Source: Ruditapes philippinarum (Eukaryota). From it: a stretch of 64,000 nucleotides of DNA. Each line of letters opens with the position of its first letter. The stretch's first letter is position 1. Under the pieces are notes generated by a model. That model made no database searches, was not told where the DNA came from, and saw only the letters and a program-made list of their open reading frames with translations. Where the stretch lies: the NCBI RefSeq assembly GCF_026571515.1, contig NW_026852746.1, positions 62,001 to 126,000 of the forward strand, given 5' to 3'. Positions 1 to 14,375 of this stretch are shown one piece after another. The position numbers were made by a program, and so were the translations under genes.

Positions 1-3000
1 CATTGTTTCTACTTGTTCCTGTTCTTTTTCTTCTTTTTCTTCATTATTTCTTGCCATCATATATGAGCATGGTTATTTTGTACATTAGGAAATGTTTGAC
101 ATTTAGAACAATAGCATCTCTTAATTCCTTTTACACATATGTGTATGTTTCTGCCAAAAAATGTCGAGGCCCAGAGGCCGAGACGATTTTTTTATTGCAG
201 AAGCATCCCTAGATGTCGCCCCATCAACTGTTATACCCCCGTAACTAACTCGTTTCGTATACTATAACTATTGCATAACAAACGCTTTTTTACGACGAAG
301 CTAACTGTTCTCTACGTCATTGAAAACTCTTTAAATTCTACGTCAGCCTCTACTCGTTTTCATTGCTAAGTTCGAAATATCTTTATCAAATCATATCGTA
401 ACAGATATAGTCTCATTTTCAGAGTTCATAATATCTTTATCAATTTTGTTAATTGTACTCCATCTATCTTCGTTTTTTTTTATTTTCAGAGCCAAACATT
501 GATAACAAATACTTATTGTACTTATAGTAACAACGTTATGTTAATATGTCCCCGAAATTGTGGTTAGAAGTAACGAGATCATTATCACTGTTCAGAAAAA
601 GACCGATTCTCATATACAGCTGCAAATCCTATATCAGACTCGGCTATACAGGGCCTCGTCCAATAAAGGTTTCACAGCTGTGTATTCGTCCAATATAATT
701 CAAAACACTTAGTGTATTCAACAATGTATATGGTTCTTAGAATATTACTCGCTTGATTTGCCAAACAACGGAAGAAAAACGACAATGTGACTGATTTACA
801 TTTTATCATGTCATAGTAGACCCTTGACATAAAGCTACTTGTTATGATTTAATAGCATGACCCTAAATTAAATTTGTCATGGAATTTGTAATCTTTGATA
901 ATTAAAAAGAACTTTAAGAATACCGAGACCATTGTAGATTTAGTCCTGGAATTACAAGGACTAGTCAAAAACTGTAACCATATACAGACACATAAAACGT
1001 AAAATAGTTATGTAATTTTGGTAAACATATACAAGACACATATTTTTTACTTATTTAAAGGGTTGGGTATATCAATAGTTATGTAACGGGATTTGGATAT
1101 AAAATACATAGAATATTTTATTCGTGTAGATTCAATGCTTAATTTATTAAACTTGTTGAATAAAATAATATCATGCTCGCCAGAGGCTCGCAGAATATAA
1201 TTATATACAACTCGTTAAATACATTCAGTATTGTCTACACTCATTCAATATCTTGTATGTATCACATAACTAACATAACAACTGTTTACAGTGAAAATAA
1301 CCCTCTTTAGTGTAACGCTAACATTTAGCGCGCCTTTAAGCTATGTTTGTGTAACGCAAATGACGCAAAATATATGCACGGCCGTGCAACCATTTCGGAG
1401 TCGAAAAAGCAGCACGGGTATGTGATAAATTACATTATAAAATATAATAGCAAGTCGGCCATTCATCCATTAAGATAATGTTCGAGCAACAACTGTTATT
1501 TAAATATATGACTAGAGTTATATCATCCTTTTATAAGATATTAATTAAGATAAGATAAAAGAAATGCATTTGCGATCGAGCGATTAAGGCTGCTGACTTC
1601 GATCTTCTGTTGATTATTTCGAGTAAAAGTTTTGGATGTTGGCTGGTTCTACTTGACTTAAACAAAACGCGAGTAAAGTAGAATGCAGTCTGAGCGTGTC
1701 TATACAGTTGGCTGGTCAACTTCAATTTGATCTAGATATCCCCAAAATTGACAATGGCAGTTTCAAAATTTCGAAATATTAAATGATAAACTTAAAGTAA
1801 AACAAATATAACTCAGTTTTTGTGTTGTTCCATTAATGACTAAGATTTAAATGAAGCTTATTTAATATTTATAAATTAATAAAATTATCAGAACCCTTTG
1901 CAAGATCTGAAGATTGTATATACTCCTTTCCCATAGTATATACTGTTTGATGTTCCAATATTAAATCAATTTAGTTTGAATTAATTCAACATCAGATGCC
2001 TCAATGAAATTCTAAATAAATTCTAAATAAAATCCCGATATAAAAAAGCAATATATAAACCAAATACAGCGCCTGTGTTTTGAAGGATTAGGTCAAAGCA
2101 AAAATAAATTAAAAGAAGACACAAAGACATGTTTGACAAATCAAATTTGTTTTCCAATTCAAACAGACATAAATAAACACATTGAATTTTTTTTCATTTA
2201 TTTAGTCCATGTGAGATACATGTGAAAATATTTTTCTTTAAAAAAATCAACATGTAATAAAATATATATTTGTTGAATGAAATGCGTATAATTGTATTGG
2301 TGTTTCTATAAGTAAAGAAAACAAATCGATATATATGCGCATTTATAATTTAATTAAAAAAGGAAATATTATGTGAGTGTTTTATTTATAAAATTGCAAA
2401 ATTTATAATACACAATGTTGTTATTTACCCTGATACCAGTAGAGATTTTATCTTACATAACTTGAGCATAACGCAATTAACTTTAACAAGTGTAAACTTA
2501 AATGGATCTTTTGGGTGTTTAATATTCCAATATCTAATTATATAATATATGTAATTAGATTTCTGCTTTTCAAATATGATATTACTCAATATGAGTGGAA
2601 AATAAAATATAAGAAAAACTTTTGGAAAATAAAAGTGTAAAATAAAATAACATACATTTGTATGTCAAAACAAAGCTACACGCTAACACTCACAAACTAG
2701 TGTACATGTAAATCTTTCACATTATCCATTAAAATGGATTTGTTTCGATTCCATAAAAAAAACAATTTGTTGTTTATATAAAAAAGCACAAAACTTTTTT
2801 TTTAAAAAAGACTAAACCACACATGCACGCTGAATTTAACCTCATATTGCTAGCTTGAGCTTAATAATTGAGAGAATAACATTAAATTTTGAAAGTTTCC
2901 AGCATCTGGTCACTAAATCGTTCTTATCTTTTTAGAAGATAATTTCGACACTGCATACAATAGGTCGGGAGTGCGTTTTCTTTTCCATTTGCAGGGATAT

Positions 3001-5365
3001 AAAAACGTATTTGCATATGTTCGTTTTGCACTTTAGAATATAAACAGTCTATATCTAGAAACAGCAATATGGAATAACATGAATTGATCAACATCAATAA
3101 ATATGTTAATGTGAACCTGAGCTATATTCACTGGAAGACAATTCAGTTTATCCAGTGCTCTCTAGGGATGAAGAAATTGCTGGTCGATCATTCACCTTTG
3201 TGTCATGGCACTGACTTGTCAAAGTCCTTTCATTTGCCACATAATTAGCTGTCTCGCACAATTCCGTCTTCTCTTTCATGTTTAATAATTTGCATTCATT
3301 ACACAATACACGAGTCGTTGGAATGCCATCGGGAAGACATAAGTCGTATGTATCACATATATTCTCTTCAACGTCTTTTCTAAGATTTGCATTGCAAATA
3401 TCACATAAAAATGTGCTAGTTTGAGCAAATGATCCGTTGATCACGTGATCCACTCTTCCCGTTTGGTCATCTTTTAAGCATGTTTAAAAATGGTCGTGAT
3501 GAGAGCCTCATATCATCCACGTTTTGTGGGGATTTCCTTTCTTTCACATCATCATCAAAAACGTCATCAAACAAATCTGAATCGATCTCTGTTGCGACTT
3601 TACTTTATCCTATATTCTCAATTACCTCGACATTTGTATCAATCGGATATTTTGAAATATGTGGAAGATTAACCTTACAAATAGTTGTGTCATTAACAGG
3701 TTTTGAATCAAACTGTGTTGCATTCTTGGTAGATTCGCTTGCATCAACCGTCTGGTTTATGCTACTGTCAGTTTCGTCTCTTGTTTGGCTCTTTTGCGCA
3801 TCTACCATAAGATATGGCATGCGTACCTTACGCTTATTCCTTCGATCCATATCACTTTCGCTCATATGCCCTTTTGACATGGGTAAACTAGATCTAAATG
3901 ATTTGTTAGTTTGAGTACCAACATTAGTCACCATCTTTTTTCTTACAGCATTTGCAGGTACACTCTTTGTTAAGGAAACGTCGGATTGGTCCGTTGTTGA
4001 TTTCCTTACAGAACAGCGAACGTTATTTGGTTGTTTTGTTGTTTCAACAAAATCTCTTAATTCAAAGTCTGATAATTCGGATGTTTCACTAAATGACACG
4101 CTTAATTTAGCATTGCGTTTCACGGAACAGACAATATGATTGTAGGCAAACTCCTTTCTATCATTAGACAATGAAGATTTCGACAATCGTTTATCATACA
4201 TAACAGCTTGGTCGCCAACACTTCTAATTGGGGGAGGTAATTTGTTTTTGTTCCCTGTAGGCGAGTTTCTATAGGATTCCATCATGTCCTCTTTATCAGT
4301 TTTATCACTTTTTGTCAGACGAGAAGTGTTGTTTGAAATGGTGTCAATATTTACATGACCTTCGTCATCATCTGTAAGAATAACTGCGTAGTATTTAACA
4401 TCTTTATCATCTCCCTTTGTATATTTCCGAAACCACTTGCAGCATTTGAAACAAATTATAACAACTAAAATAAACACAGCACCGGCTGGTATTAAAGCTA
4501 TATTGAAACCAGACTCAGCGTTACCAGTTTCGTTTTCTTCGTCATCTGTACTGGTTTCAAACTTTGAAGTTGTAACGTCCGTTTTTTCTTCCAATTTTGG
4601 CAGATTTATCATCAACATAAGAAGGGGAACTCTCTGTAAAATTCATATTTTCAATATCAAACTGTCTGATTTAGTGTTCAACATGTCTTTTGTTGCTTCA
4701 TTTAACTTTATTGTAGACACAGTTTTGTTTTCAAAGTTTGGTGCATCAGTTGTTTTCGTCACATTGGCTGCAGCATGACCCATTTTATTTTCAAACACCA
4801 CAGAAATATACAGGCGTATAAGCAGTTAACAAATAGTTGCATCATCAAAAGGCTTTGGTCGTGTGAAATCTAAACACAAGCCCGTAAATTCCTTGCACTA
4901 TGAGCACGTATTTTTATTGAAAATATTTCTTTACTTCATTTCAATATTTAATTGTTGGAAATCATGCATGAGCGAGCCAACAAATGTCATGGTGAATTAA
5001 ACCACTAGGTTTTTTATCTGAACTTTTCTAGTTAAATCTGGTCTAATCTAGTGTTTTATATTCTTGCAAACACTTTCATTGTTTTTATATACTAATACAA
5101 GCATCTCCTTACATCCTATTTCATATTTTAAATATGTTGTACACATATTAAGAAGATAAGTATTTCCACAATTTCCCCCACATACATTAATTAGTCACAG
5201 ATGACCCGGTTTAGTTCACATATTTTTGCTCCGCTGGTTTTTTGTTTCGTTACAGACCTTCAAAACTGTGTAATAAATCCCTTTCCAAATTAAATATTTC
5301 TATAAATGTTTTACATTAATAATCATTCTATCCTATCCATTTTTCCATACTAGTTTAAAGATATA
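1..5365. repeat. Segmental/tandem duplication, copy A (continues left of the window)
   Basis: Aligns by eye with ~10370-16636, e.g. 381-760 vs 10791-11190 and 1990-2680 vs 12950-13930. Similarity ends at tagtttaaagatata (5351 vs 16623). Confidence 0.92.
3106..4845 (-). pseudogene. Disabled paralog of the orphan type-I membrane protein gene at 14376-16106
   Basis: Colinear with the intact copy from ATG-ATG (4845) to TAA (3106-3108). Lesions: 5-bp insertion near 4785 (frameshift then TGA), +1 near 4585, GAA->TAA at 3605-3607, +1 near 3475, TAC->TAA at 3148-3150. ORFs 3605..4618 and 3148..3453 are its fragments. Confidence 0.85.
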
Positions 5366-7743
5366 GATGGTCTGCACTGTTCGCTATTCAGTCAAAACAA
5401 ATTTTGAAACTTTCCATGAATAATACTTACAAGTGAGTTTAAGATATTTAGCTTACACAAGAACCATATATAGATACCATAATAAACCAGGAAAGAAAGT
5501 TTGAATTAAAAATTAATGATATTGATTATATCTTATTACATGTACGTGATTAAATGCATGTCTTTAAAGATCGTTCAGCACGACATTATTGTTGTGCTTG
5601 TTGTATTTTTAGTTTCAACTTTTCGGCATTTTCTAGTTGGGTGGTTCCAATATTCCTACTTGAATAATGTTGAATCACCCTTAGAATATGTTGACTGCTT
5701 TTTAAATTTGTCTTTTGATGTCTTATCTGTGATATGCAGGCTTCATAACCTCTGATCCCCTTTCAAAATTCCATTTTAATTAGTTCCGCCCATTGTTTTC
5801 TCGTTTAGGGCACACACTTTTATTACTTGGGGACCATACGCCGCTTTTCATGGAATGGCACGGAAGTGTCACATTGAAGATTCCATGATAACCGCCATAT
5901 GAACACATCTGCGGATGTTTCTAAATTCAAAATTTTACTATTTCATGTTTAAATGTTGAATTCTGCTTAAGCCGGTGCTAGGGGGCGTGGACGGTAACTT
6001 GCACTTTCCAGTACAGTCCATGAACAGGCTCAATCATACCGAGCCTGCAACATTTTCAATTTTGTCGTGTTGGGCTTTCTTTAGGGATTCTGTATTTATC
6101 TATTATTTGTATTTACCATGTATAAAAAGTATGTTTATGATATTATGATAAATATTAAAGGGATTGTCTTATCTGTTATAAAAAGGACGTATTATAAAAT
6201 CACAAAATATAAATTTGTACTTATGCATTTAAAGCTTAAGATTAAATGATAATATTTCGTAATGTTATGATGTGTGCTATTTTAATACTAAGTAAGAAAC
6301 ACTTAGTAAGAAACATTGAATAAGCAGATAAAGAAAAACAAGAAAATCTTTAATCAGTTATTGTTGTATAGTACAATATCGTTCTTGATAAATATGAAAA
6401 CTACTTAAAAACTTGATATATGACAATCATCACTACAGATGTATAATATCACGAGACACTTTCTACAATTATTCTAATTACACGTATCAGACTTCATATA
6501 GATCACGTTCCCTTAAAGGAACTCCACTGAACATAAAATTGTATTCTAACATAGGTAAGCTGGGGCACTTAAAGAAAGATATTTTTTCTGATCAAAATGT
6601 TATCACTTGTTTACAAAACTTAAGTAAAACAGTAATATCAGAGTCCACGAATAAAATAAAATACTGTATAAAGAAAGAAATTTTCTTCCGCAAATGCAAA
6701 AATATATCAATGTACAGTGTTTAACATTTAATAAGAAATAAAAATGCGATTTTGCCTGTTGCAGTGGCAAGAAAGATGGGGTTTTTATCAAACAGTTTAC
6801 TTCCATTCATTATGTATAATTAAACCGATACGAAAATTACGAATTTGCCATTTCGTGAATGTCCCTTATTCCCAACTCACTTTGTACCTTACAACTACCT
6901 ATTCATGTTGGTACAATTACGTCAATGCATGCATAAAGTAAACACAAAAATCTTCCTCTCTCACGGCGCTACTGAATATCCCTTTTTAAATATATATTAT
7001 TTCTTTTCATAGACATCATCTTTTTAAATAGATATTATTTCTTTTCATAGGCATAAAGCCGCTATGCAAATTGTTGGTCAATATAATGCGCTTTATCTGT
7101 TTGCAAAATAAATTTCATTCATAAAAGACTTAATACAGAAACGGTATATATATTATTATACTTGTATAAATATGATACGTCTTTTTTCAATCTTTTATGT
7201 TTTGTCCTTAAAAGATTTTAATTGAAAGCTGTGCCGGCAAACTGTCATTCAAGTTAAGAACAGGTGTTATCTAGATATTCGTACTGCATAGTGCATTTTA
7301 GCTTTAATTTTATTACATTTGCATCTAAATCTGTTTCAATAGTGTGATATTGGTTACAGATAATGAATTTGTAAACTAATAAAATTGCAATTAAAGGTAT
7401 AATATTCATCTAAAATGTGGATTAAATTCACACTTTATACACTTAGAGGAAAAACCTGACTTCGCCTAAGTGATCTGCTTAATCAATAACATAACTATAT
7501 GCATGCCACTGACCTAGAACATTAGCGCGCTGGCGGCAATTAAATCTACCCATGCGACCCATGCGACCAGTGCAGATCATGGTCTGCACCGTTAGCTGTT
7601 TCAGTATTTAGAACATGAAAGGTTTTATCCAGATTGACAGATGGACAGCAAGATATTAAGCGTGGTAAGGGCGAAACCAGCTTGACATACCGGAAACTAT
7701 AAGTGTATTCAGTCACCGGCATAAATAATCTTTCAAATATTGG

Positions 7744-7935
7744 CTATTTGTTCGGTTTGTTTTTAAGTCGTACCAACACAGTTAATGACTTTTCAAGTTT
7801 ACTGGTGGAGGAAGGTATTAGATGCCCCTTCGCGCGGTTACCTGAGTAGAACCACGACGTTCCGTACGCAAGCTGAACAACTTCTTCATATGAAAAAAAT
7901 TCAAAGTCCCTGGCGGGATTCGAGTCCAAACAGTT
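7744..7935 (-). mobile_element. tRNA-derived SINE (decayed)
   Basis: The minus strand has a B-box-like gactcgaatccc, a body including ttcctccaccagtaaac...actgtgttggt, and an AAAC-rich tail. Related pieces occur at 23506-23650, 50090-50130/52280-52410 and 56360-56550. Confidence 0.7.
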
Positions 7936-8299
7936 AGTGGCATGTCATGAATGCTCCTATGGCAATTAATACATTAAGTTAGACACTTTTTAATATAATT
8001 TGTCAATAATGCATCTTTGTGTGTGTTTTTATAAGTTATTATACCTTAATCTACTTGCAAAGGATAGGGGGTTAGTAGGGAAATATTTCAATAATGTTGC
8101 CCTTATGTTTGCGTTTTAGCTGTGGGGAAAGTGATTGGTAGATAAATGTGTGCATATTCAAACTGGTTTGTTACTTGCTTTCAAAGACATAGACTAATTG
8201 CCAGAACATGTGAATTATGACAGCCGGAAACAAGGCGGTTGTTACCAAGACAAAAATAAAGATTATTGAATTAAAAATATTTTGTATATAACCCTTTTC

Positions 8300-8455
8300 T
8301 ATGGTGACTGATTTGTGCTATGTCGCACTTTCGCTCCGCGGAGCGCAAGGCGAAAACACATTAATACCACCAAATCACCACTTTGTCGTATTGTCTTGTT
8401 TTCGCCTGGTGTCCCGCCGAACGAAAATACGACATGGCACAAAGCCGCTACCATA
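8300..8455. mobile_element. Small MITE with imperfect TIRs (TATGG/TACGG-type ends)
   Basis: tatggtgactgatttgtgctatgtcgcactttcg ... cgaaaatacgacatggcacaaagccgctaccata are imperfect reverse complements. Confidence 0.6.
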
Positions 8456-8588
8456 CTTTACGTTGCCCTGTTTTATAAGGGGTTTAAATATAAAAATATG
8501 GTGCTATCAACAGCAAAGATCAAAGTCACACTGCTCGGATGAAAAAGGTCGACCACTTGCGGTTCTAACAGGTTAAGTGCTTATATTG

Positions 8589-8677
8589 TTTGTGTGGTTT
8601 TGATACACCAATAATGTAATTGGTTTTGATACACACATTGTGTGGTTTTGATACACCAATAATGTAATTGGTTTTGA
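8589..8677. repeat. Direct tandem duplication (~49-bp period)
   Basis: ttgtgtggttttgatacaccaataatgtaattggttttga occurs twice. Confidence 0.8.
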
Positions 8678-9165
8678 CTGTTAGGTCTTTCTTTCCTTCT
8701 TTTTCTTGCATATAAATAAAAGTTCCTATAGGACAAACACTAATTTAATTAGACAATGTATCTCTTAAACCTGTGCAGCCAGTATAAATTAATTTGTCAA
8801 TTGATAATGAATATATTGATATAACGTTTTCTGTACTTTACCAGTTATAAATGGATAACAAAGTTCCTTCATGAGTAAGAATATTTTCCACATTTGATAG
8901 AGATACATCATACGTGTAGTAATCTCTATTGTTTCTAACTAACCGTCAAAAAGACGAGAGTAAACACCATTTTATACATAACAAACGTAAATGATATATT
9001 GTGACATATGTTTTCAAAACATCTCATACACACTTGGTACGTTTGGTTTTTGTAATGATATGTTTACTGTTCGAAACAATGCTAACAGATGATAAATTAA
9101 TGTCAGGAATACACTAAATGCTAGATAAAATGAGGCCAAATTTAGAGCGTGCTAATAAAGCTTAA

Positions 9166-9412
9166 AGGTTCATTATGCCCCCCCCCCCCAAAAAAAATGC
9201 TTTTAATATTATTTCTCAAAAACGTTTATTTTTTGTGCACTTCTGTAGTTTTCAAAACATTACTAATTGGCCAATTACAAGAACCATGTGTTTTTTTTGT
9301 TGTGTTTTGGCAATAAGTAAAGTTATAGTGATTATATTGTTTTGTATGTAATTCAAAATACTACTTTGTTTATATTTTGCTACGTTATCTTTTCCGGAAC
9401 CATAATGTGCCC
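9166..9412. mobile_element. TTAA-flanked Kolobok-like MITE (decayed)
   Basis: ttaa|aggttcattatg ... cataatgtgccc|ttaa, with the internal attggccaattac motif shared with 33490-33854 and 54403-54782. Confidence 0.65.
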
Positions 9413-10193
9413 TTAAAATTAAGTGTTGACTGACTTAAATTCTCAAAAAACCTTTGCAATGGAAAGATTGCCTGAAAATATTTTTATTTGTTTTGTTGCG
9501 GATCTAATTCTATCAAAGACACAGTGCCTAGAAATATTTTAATAAATGCTATATAGCAGAGATATTTACATTTCTTTTGAAAAATATATTAGCTTTTATG
9601 ACATTTTTACCATATGAAGATATCAATTTTTGAAACTCACGGAGTGACCTCTATATGGAACAAAAATTCAAACGTGCGTTCAGCGCTTTGATTAATACAT
9701 TTTTTTCATATATGAGATCTTTATATAACTTAATTTATTATTTTCTATTGCGTAAAAAATAACCCTTGTTTTCTCACAAATAAAAGCAAACTTGAAAGCT
9801 TAAAAATGAGCATATTATCTGTGTTTCTGAAGCATTTCTTGACAAACATTTATACAAAGTACACTTTGTTTGTTATCTGATAATTTACATAAAATTATTG
9901 AAGTAGACCAAATTTAATGTATGAGAACCTCCCTCCATTTTCGAGTGCTTCAAATAAATGTGCACAAATGCATCAGTGCATCATAGATATTACGATATAT
10001 ATTACGGTATAAGTAAATAGGGGACACTTTGCTGAAAAGGACAAATAATTCACAGGGAATTGATATTTCATATGTAGAATATAAATGTACATATGTTTTA
10101 AGTATTCGTGATTAATATTGTAAATTATTTTGATCATAATGCATAACAGAATTCATGTTAATGTATAACTTGAATAAATTTTATTATTGTAAG

Positions 10194-10410
10194 TCATCAT
10201 CATCATCATCATCTCCTCCTTCTTCTTCACATTCTTCTTTGACTTTTTTGTGTTCTTCTTGTTGTTTTTTCTTCTTCGTCTTATTCTTCTTCTTCTTGTT
10301 CTTATTGTTCTTTTTTTTCCTTGTTGTTCTTTTTGTATTATTCTTCATGTTCTAGTTTTTCGTCATCACCTTCTTCTTTTTCTTTGTTCTTCATTTTCTT
10401 CATTATTTCT
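10194..10410. repeat. (TCA)n/(CTT)n low-complexity microsatellite
   Basis: Visible trinucleotide runs; they produce the spurious hydrophobic ORFs 10155 and 10250. Confidence 0.9.
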
Positions 10411-12276
10411 TGCTATCATATATGCGCATGCTTATTTTGTACATTTGGAAATGTTTGGCATTTAAAACAATAGCATCTCTTTATTTCTTTTATACATATG
10501 TGTATGTTTCTTCCAAAAAATGTCGAGGCCCACAGGCCGAGAGGATTTTATCTTGCAGAAACATCCCGAGATGTCGCCCAAGCCACTGTTATACCCCTGT
10601 AATTAACTCGTTTCGTATACTATAACTATTTCATAGCAAACGCTTTATTACGACGAAGCTAACTCTCCTCTACGTCAGGGCCACCGCTGTATTACGTCAG
10701 AGTCCGCTACTTAAATACTACGCTTCATCGAAAACTCTTTAAATTCTACGTAAGACCCTACTCGTTTTCATTTCAAAGTTCAAAATATCTTTATCAAATC
10801 ATATCGTACCACATATAGTCTCATTTTCAGAGTTCATAATATCTTGATCAATTTTGTTAATTGTACTCCATCTATCTTCGTTTTTTATTTTCAGAGCCAA
10901 ATATGTATAACAAATACTTTTTGTACTTATAGTAACAAAGTACTGTTAATATGTCCCCGAAATTGTGGTTAGAAGTAACGAGATCATCATCACTGTTAAG
11001 AAAAAGACCGATCAGAAAAAGACCGATTCTCATATACAGCTGCAAATCCTATATCAGACTCGGCTATACATGGCCACGTCCAATATAGGTTTCACAGCTG
11101 TGTATTCGTCCAATATAAGTCAAAAGACTTTGTGTACTGAACAATGTATATGGTTCTCAGAATATTACTCGCTTGAATTGCCAAACAACTGAAGAAAAAT
11201 GTGACTGATTTACATTTTATCATGTCATAGTAGACCCTTGACATGAAGCTACTTGTTATGATTTAATAGCATGACCCTAAATTGAATTTGTCATGGAATT
11301 TGTAATCTTTAATAATTAAAAAGAACTTTAAGAATACCGAATCCATTGTAGATTTCGTCCTGGAATTACAAGGATAATCCAAAAACTGTAATAACTCCAG
11401 TATTTTGGTATATACTAGACACATTGACGTCAATAGTTATGTAACGTGATGGTTATATGTATACATGACATCATGTTGTAAACAAACAGCAGCTAACAGA
11501 CAATCTCACATGATATAATCAAACTAATGTGTTTTCTTTCAGAGAAAGAGAGTCCGTCTTACTTATGTTGTATATGCTGTATTCTAAGACTGTACAACTG
11601 TTCGTTGGATATAAAATATATAGAAGATGATTCGGTACTGAATTTATTTAACGAGTTCTATAAAATTATATTCTGCGAGCCTCTGGGGAGCATGATATTA
11701 TTTTATTCAATGAATAAAAAATAGTGACTTTACACGAATATAAAATACTATTACTCACATAACCAACATCATAATTGCTTCCAGTGAAAATAATTCTCTT
11801 AAGTTATTGATCCGCCTATATAGTATAACGCGAACATTTAGGGGGTATTTACTCTATGTTTGTATAAAAATACATGCACGGCCTTGCACTACCGTTTCAG
11901 AATCGCAAAAGCGGTGTGGGTATTATGCATTACAGCCAGTCGGACATTCACCCATTACAAATGTCGAAACCAACACCTGACGTTTATGTATATGACAAGA
12001 TCTATATCATATTATTTTATTACATTTTAAAGATAACAGAAAGGCATTCGCGGCTGCTGACTTCGATCTGTTGTCCTTTTTTATTAGGAGTTTTCGAGTA
12101 CAGAAAATACAAAAAAGATTTCGGATGGTTGGTGCCTCTAAGTGCCATAAACATTGCACCAGTAAAGTAGAATACAGTGTGGCCATGTTCTATAATGTTG
12201 GCGGTTAAACTTGATTTTGATCATCCCGAAATTAAAATTGACAATTGACAGTTTCGATTTTTTTTCGAAATATTAA

Positions 12277-12696
12277 CCTTTTCCCTGATATAAGCGTGTT
12301 TTGACGGCTTTTTGCCCCCCCCCCCCCTTCTTTTGAGACCTCAAGCAGTTAAAAAGTGTCCTATTTAGGCCCAAAACACTGTTTTTTGTTGTTAAAAAAA
12401 GTGACAACTTTTTCGGCGCGGCCCCCCATAAAAATGATACATCAGGGGGTTGCCAGAAGGGGGATGCACAGCACTTTGAAATCAGTTTTGATGAAAAAAA
12501 CAATGCAAAATAGTTATTTTTCGCAATTTGAGACGTCCCTCCGTTGCCATGATAACAGGAAATTTCAGTCAACAAATGTGCCAAGTTTCATCAGTATTGA
12601 AGCATTTTTCATAGTTTTATAGCAGTTGGAACATGTTACAGGAGGCTTTTCAATGAAAACGGCCATTTTTTCACAATATGCTCATGGGGTAAAAGG
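12277..12696. mobile_element. piggyBac-like non-autonomous element with TTAA target-site duplication
   Basis: ttaa|cctttt ... aaaagg|ttaa. The paralogous site in copy A (cgaaatattaaatgataaac, ~1772-1791) is empty and has a single TTAA. Confidence 0.85.
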
Positions 12697-14375
12697 TTAA
12701 AAGGATAAACGTAAAACAAAAATAAACTCAGTTTTTGTTTTGTTTCTTTCTTTTTCTTTCGATTTTCGTGTTGTTGTCTTTTAATGACTAAGGATTCACA
12801 TGAAGCTGATTTATAATTTATAAATTAATAAAACTTCAGTACAGTTTGCAAAATTTGTAGAATATACACTCCTTTGCCACAGTATATACTGGTATGGTAT
12901 ATCCATTCGATGTTCCAATTTTAATTAAATAAATTAAGTTTAAATTAATTCTACCTGAAATGCCTCATTGAAATTCTAAATAAAATCCCGAAATAAAAAG
13001 CAATATATAAACCAAATACAGCGCCTGTGTTTTGAAGGATTAGGTCAAAGCAAAAATAAATTAAACGAGGACACAAAGACCTGTTTGACACATCAAATTT
13101 GTTTTCCGATTGATTCAAACAGACATAAATAAACACATTGAATTTCTTTACATTTATTTAGTTCATGTGAGATACATGTGAAAATATTTTTCTTTAAAGA
13201 AATCAACATGTAATAAAATATATATTTGTTGAATGAAATGCGTATAATTGTATTGGCGTTTTGAAATAAAAAAAATCGATGTATATATTTGCATTTATAA
13301 TTTAATATAAAAGGAAATATTATGCGAGTGTTTTATTAATAAAATTGCAAAATTTATAATACACAATGTTGTATGTTACCCTGATACCAGTAGAGATTAT
13401 CTTACATAACTTGAGCATAACGCAATTAACTTAAACAATTAACCTTCTGTGTATCAAAACAAGTTAAGCATTTGCCACCAGTATAGTGCCAGGCCAGCAT
13501 ACGCATCCTTGCGGTCCGGCAGGCTCTTTAACTGTTATGTCAATTTTTATATTTTGATATTGATACTGTTCCAATTTCAAAGCTTCGCAAAAGCATCTAA
13601 CAAATTCTGCAGGGTGAAGGTTATTAATGCTGTAAGCCCAATCGCAAAGAAGCAAATGCGTACAGAAAGATAAAAGGGTGGCTGAGAATTTTTAGTAACT
13701 TTTTCTAGAATTTTTAATTCTTATGTTAAAATTTTATTTGGATATTTTTGGTGTTAAAACTTAAATGGATCTTTTGGGTGTTTAATATTCCAATATCTAA
13801 TTATATAATATATGTAATTAGATTTCTGCTTTTCAAATATGATATTACTCAATATGAGTGTAAAATAAAATATAAGAAAAACTTTTGGAAAATAAAAGTG
13901 TAAAATAAAAATAGCATATGTCAAAGCAAAGCTGTTGTTCTATCTCTCATGTACAGACTCAATCAAACCGAGTCTGCAATTCTCTTGTAATTTTAGTGTG
14001 ATTAATGCTTCCGAGGGATCACTTTGTTTTCAGATTTTTATATAAAAAACGCACAAAACTTAAAACAAAGACTAACAAACCCATGCACGCTGAATTTAAC
14101 CTCGTATAGCTTGCTTGAGCTTAATAATTGAGAGAATAACATTAAATTTTGAAAGTTTCCAATATCTAGTCACTAAATCGTTTTTATCTTTTTAAAAGAT
14201 CATTTCGACACTGCATACAATAGGCGAGAGTGCATACCTTTTCCATTTGCAGGGTTAAAAAGAGGTAAATGAGAAGCATATTTGTACATGTTCGTTTTGC
14301 ACTTAAGAATATAACAGTCTATATCTGGAAATAGCATTATGGAATAACATGAATTGACCAACGTCAATAAATATG

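Noticed and set aside
3480-3914. Duplicated + strand 144-aa ORFs (also 14746-15180, 4437-4778, 15862-16044)
   Set aside because: Antisense shadows of the minus-strand membrane protein gene; the duplication explains why they recur.
7880-7935. tRNA gene (B-box-like sequence; also 52380, 56485, 57100)
   Set aside because: No cloverleaf could be built; these are SINE heads.
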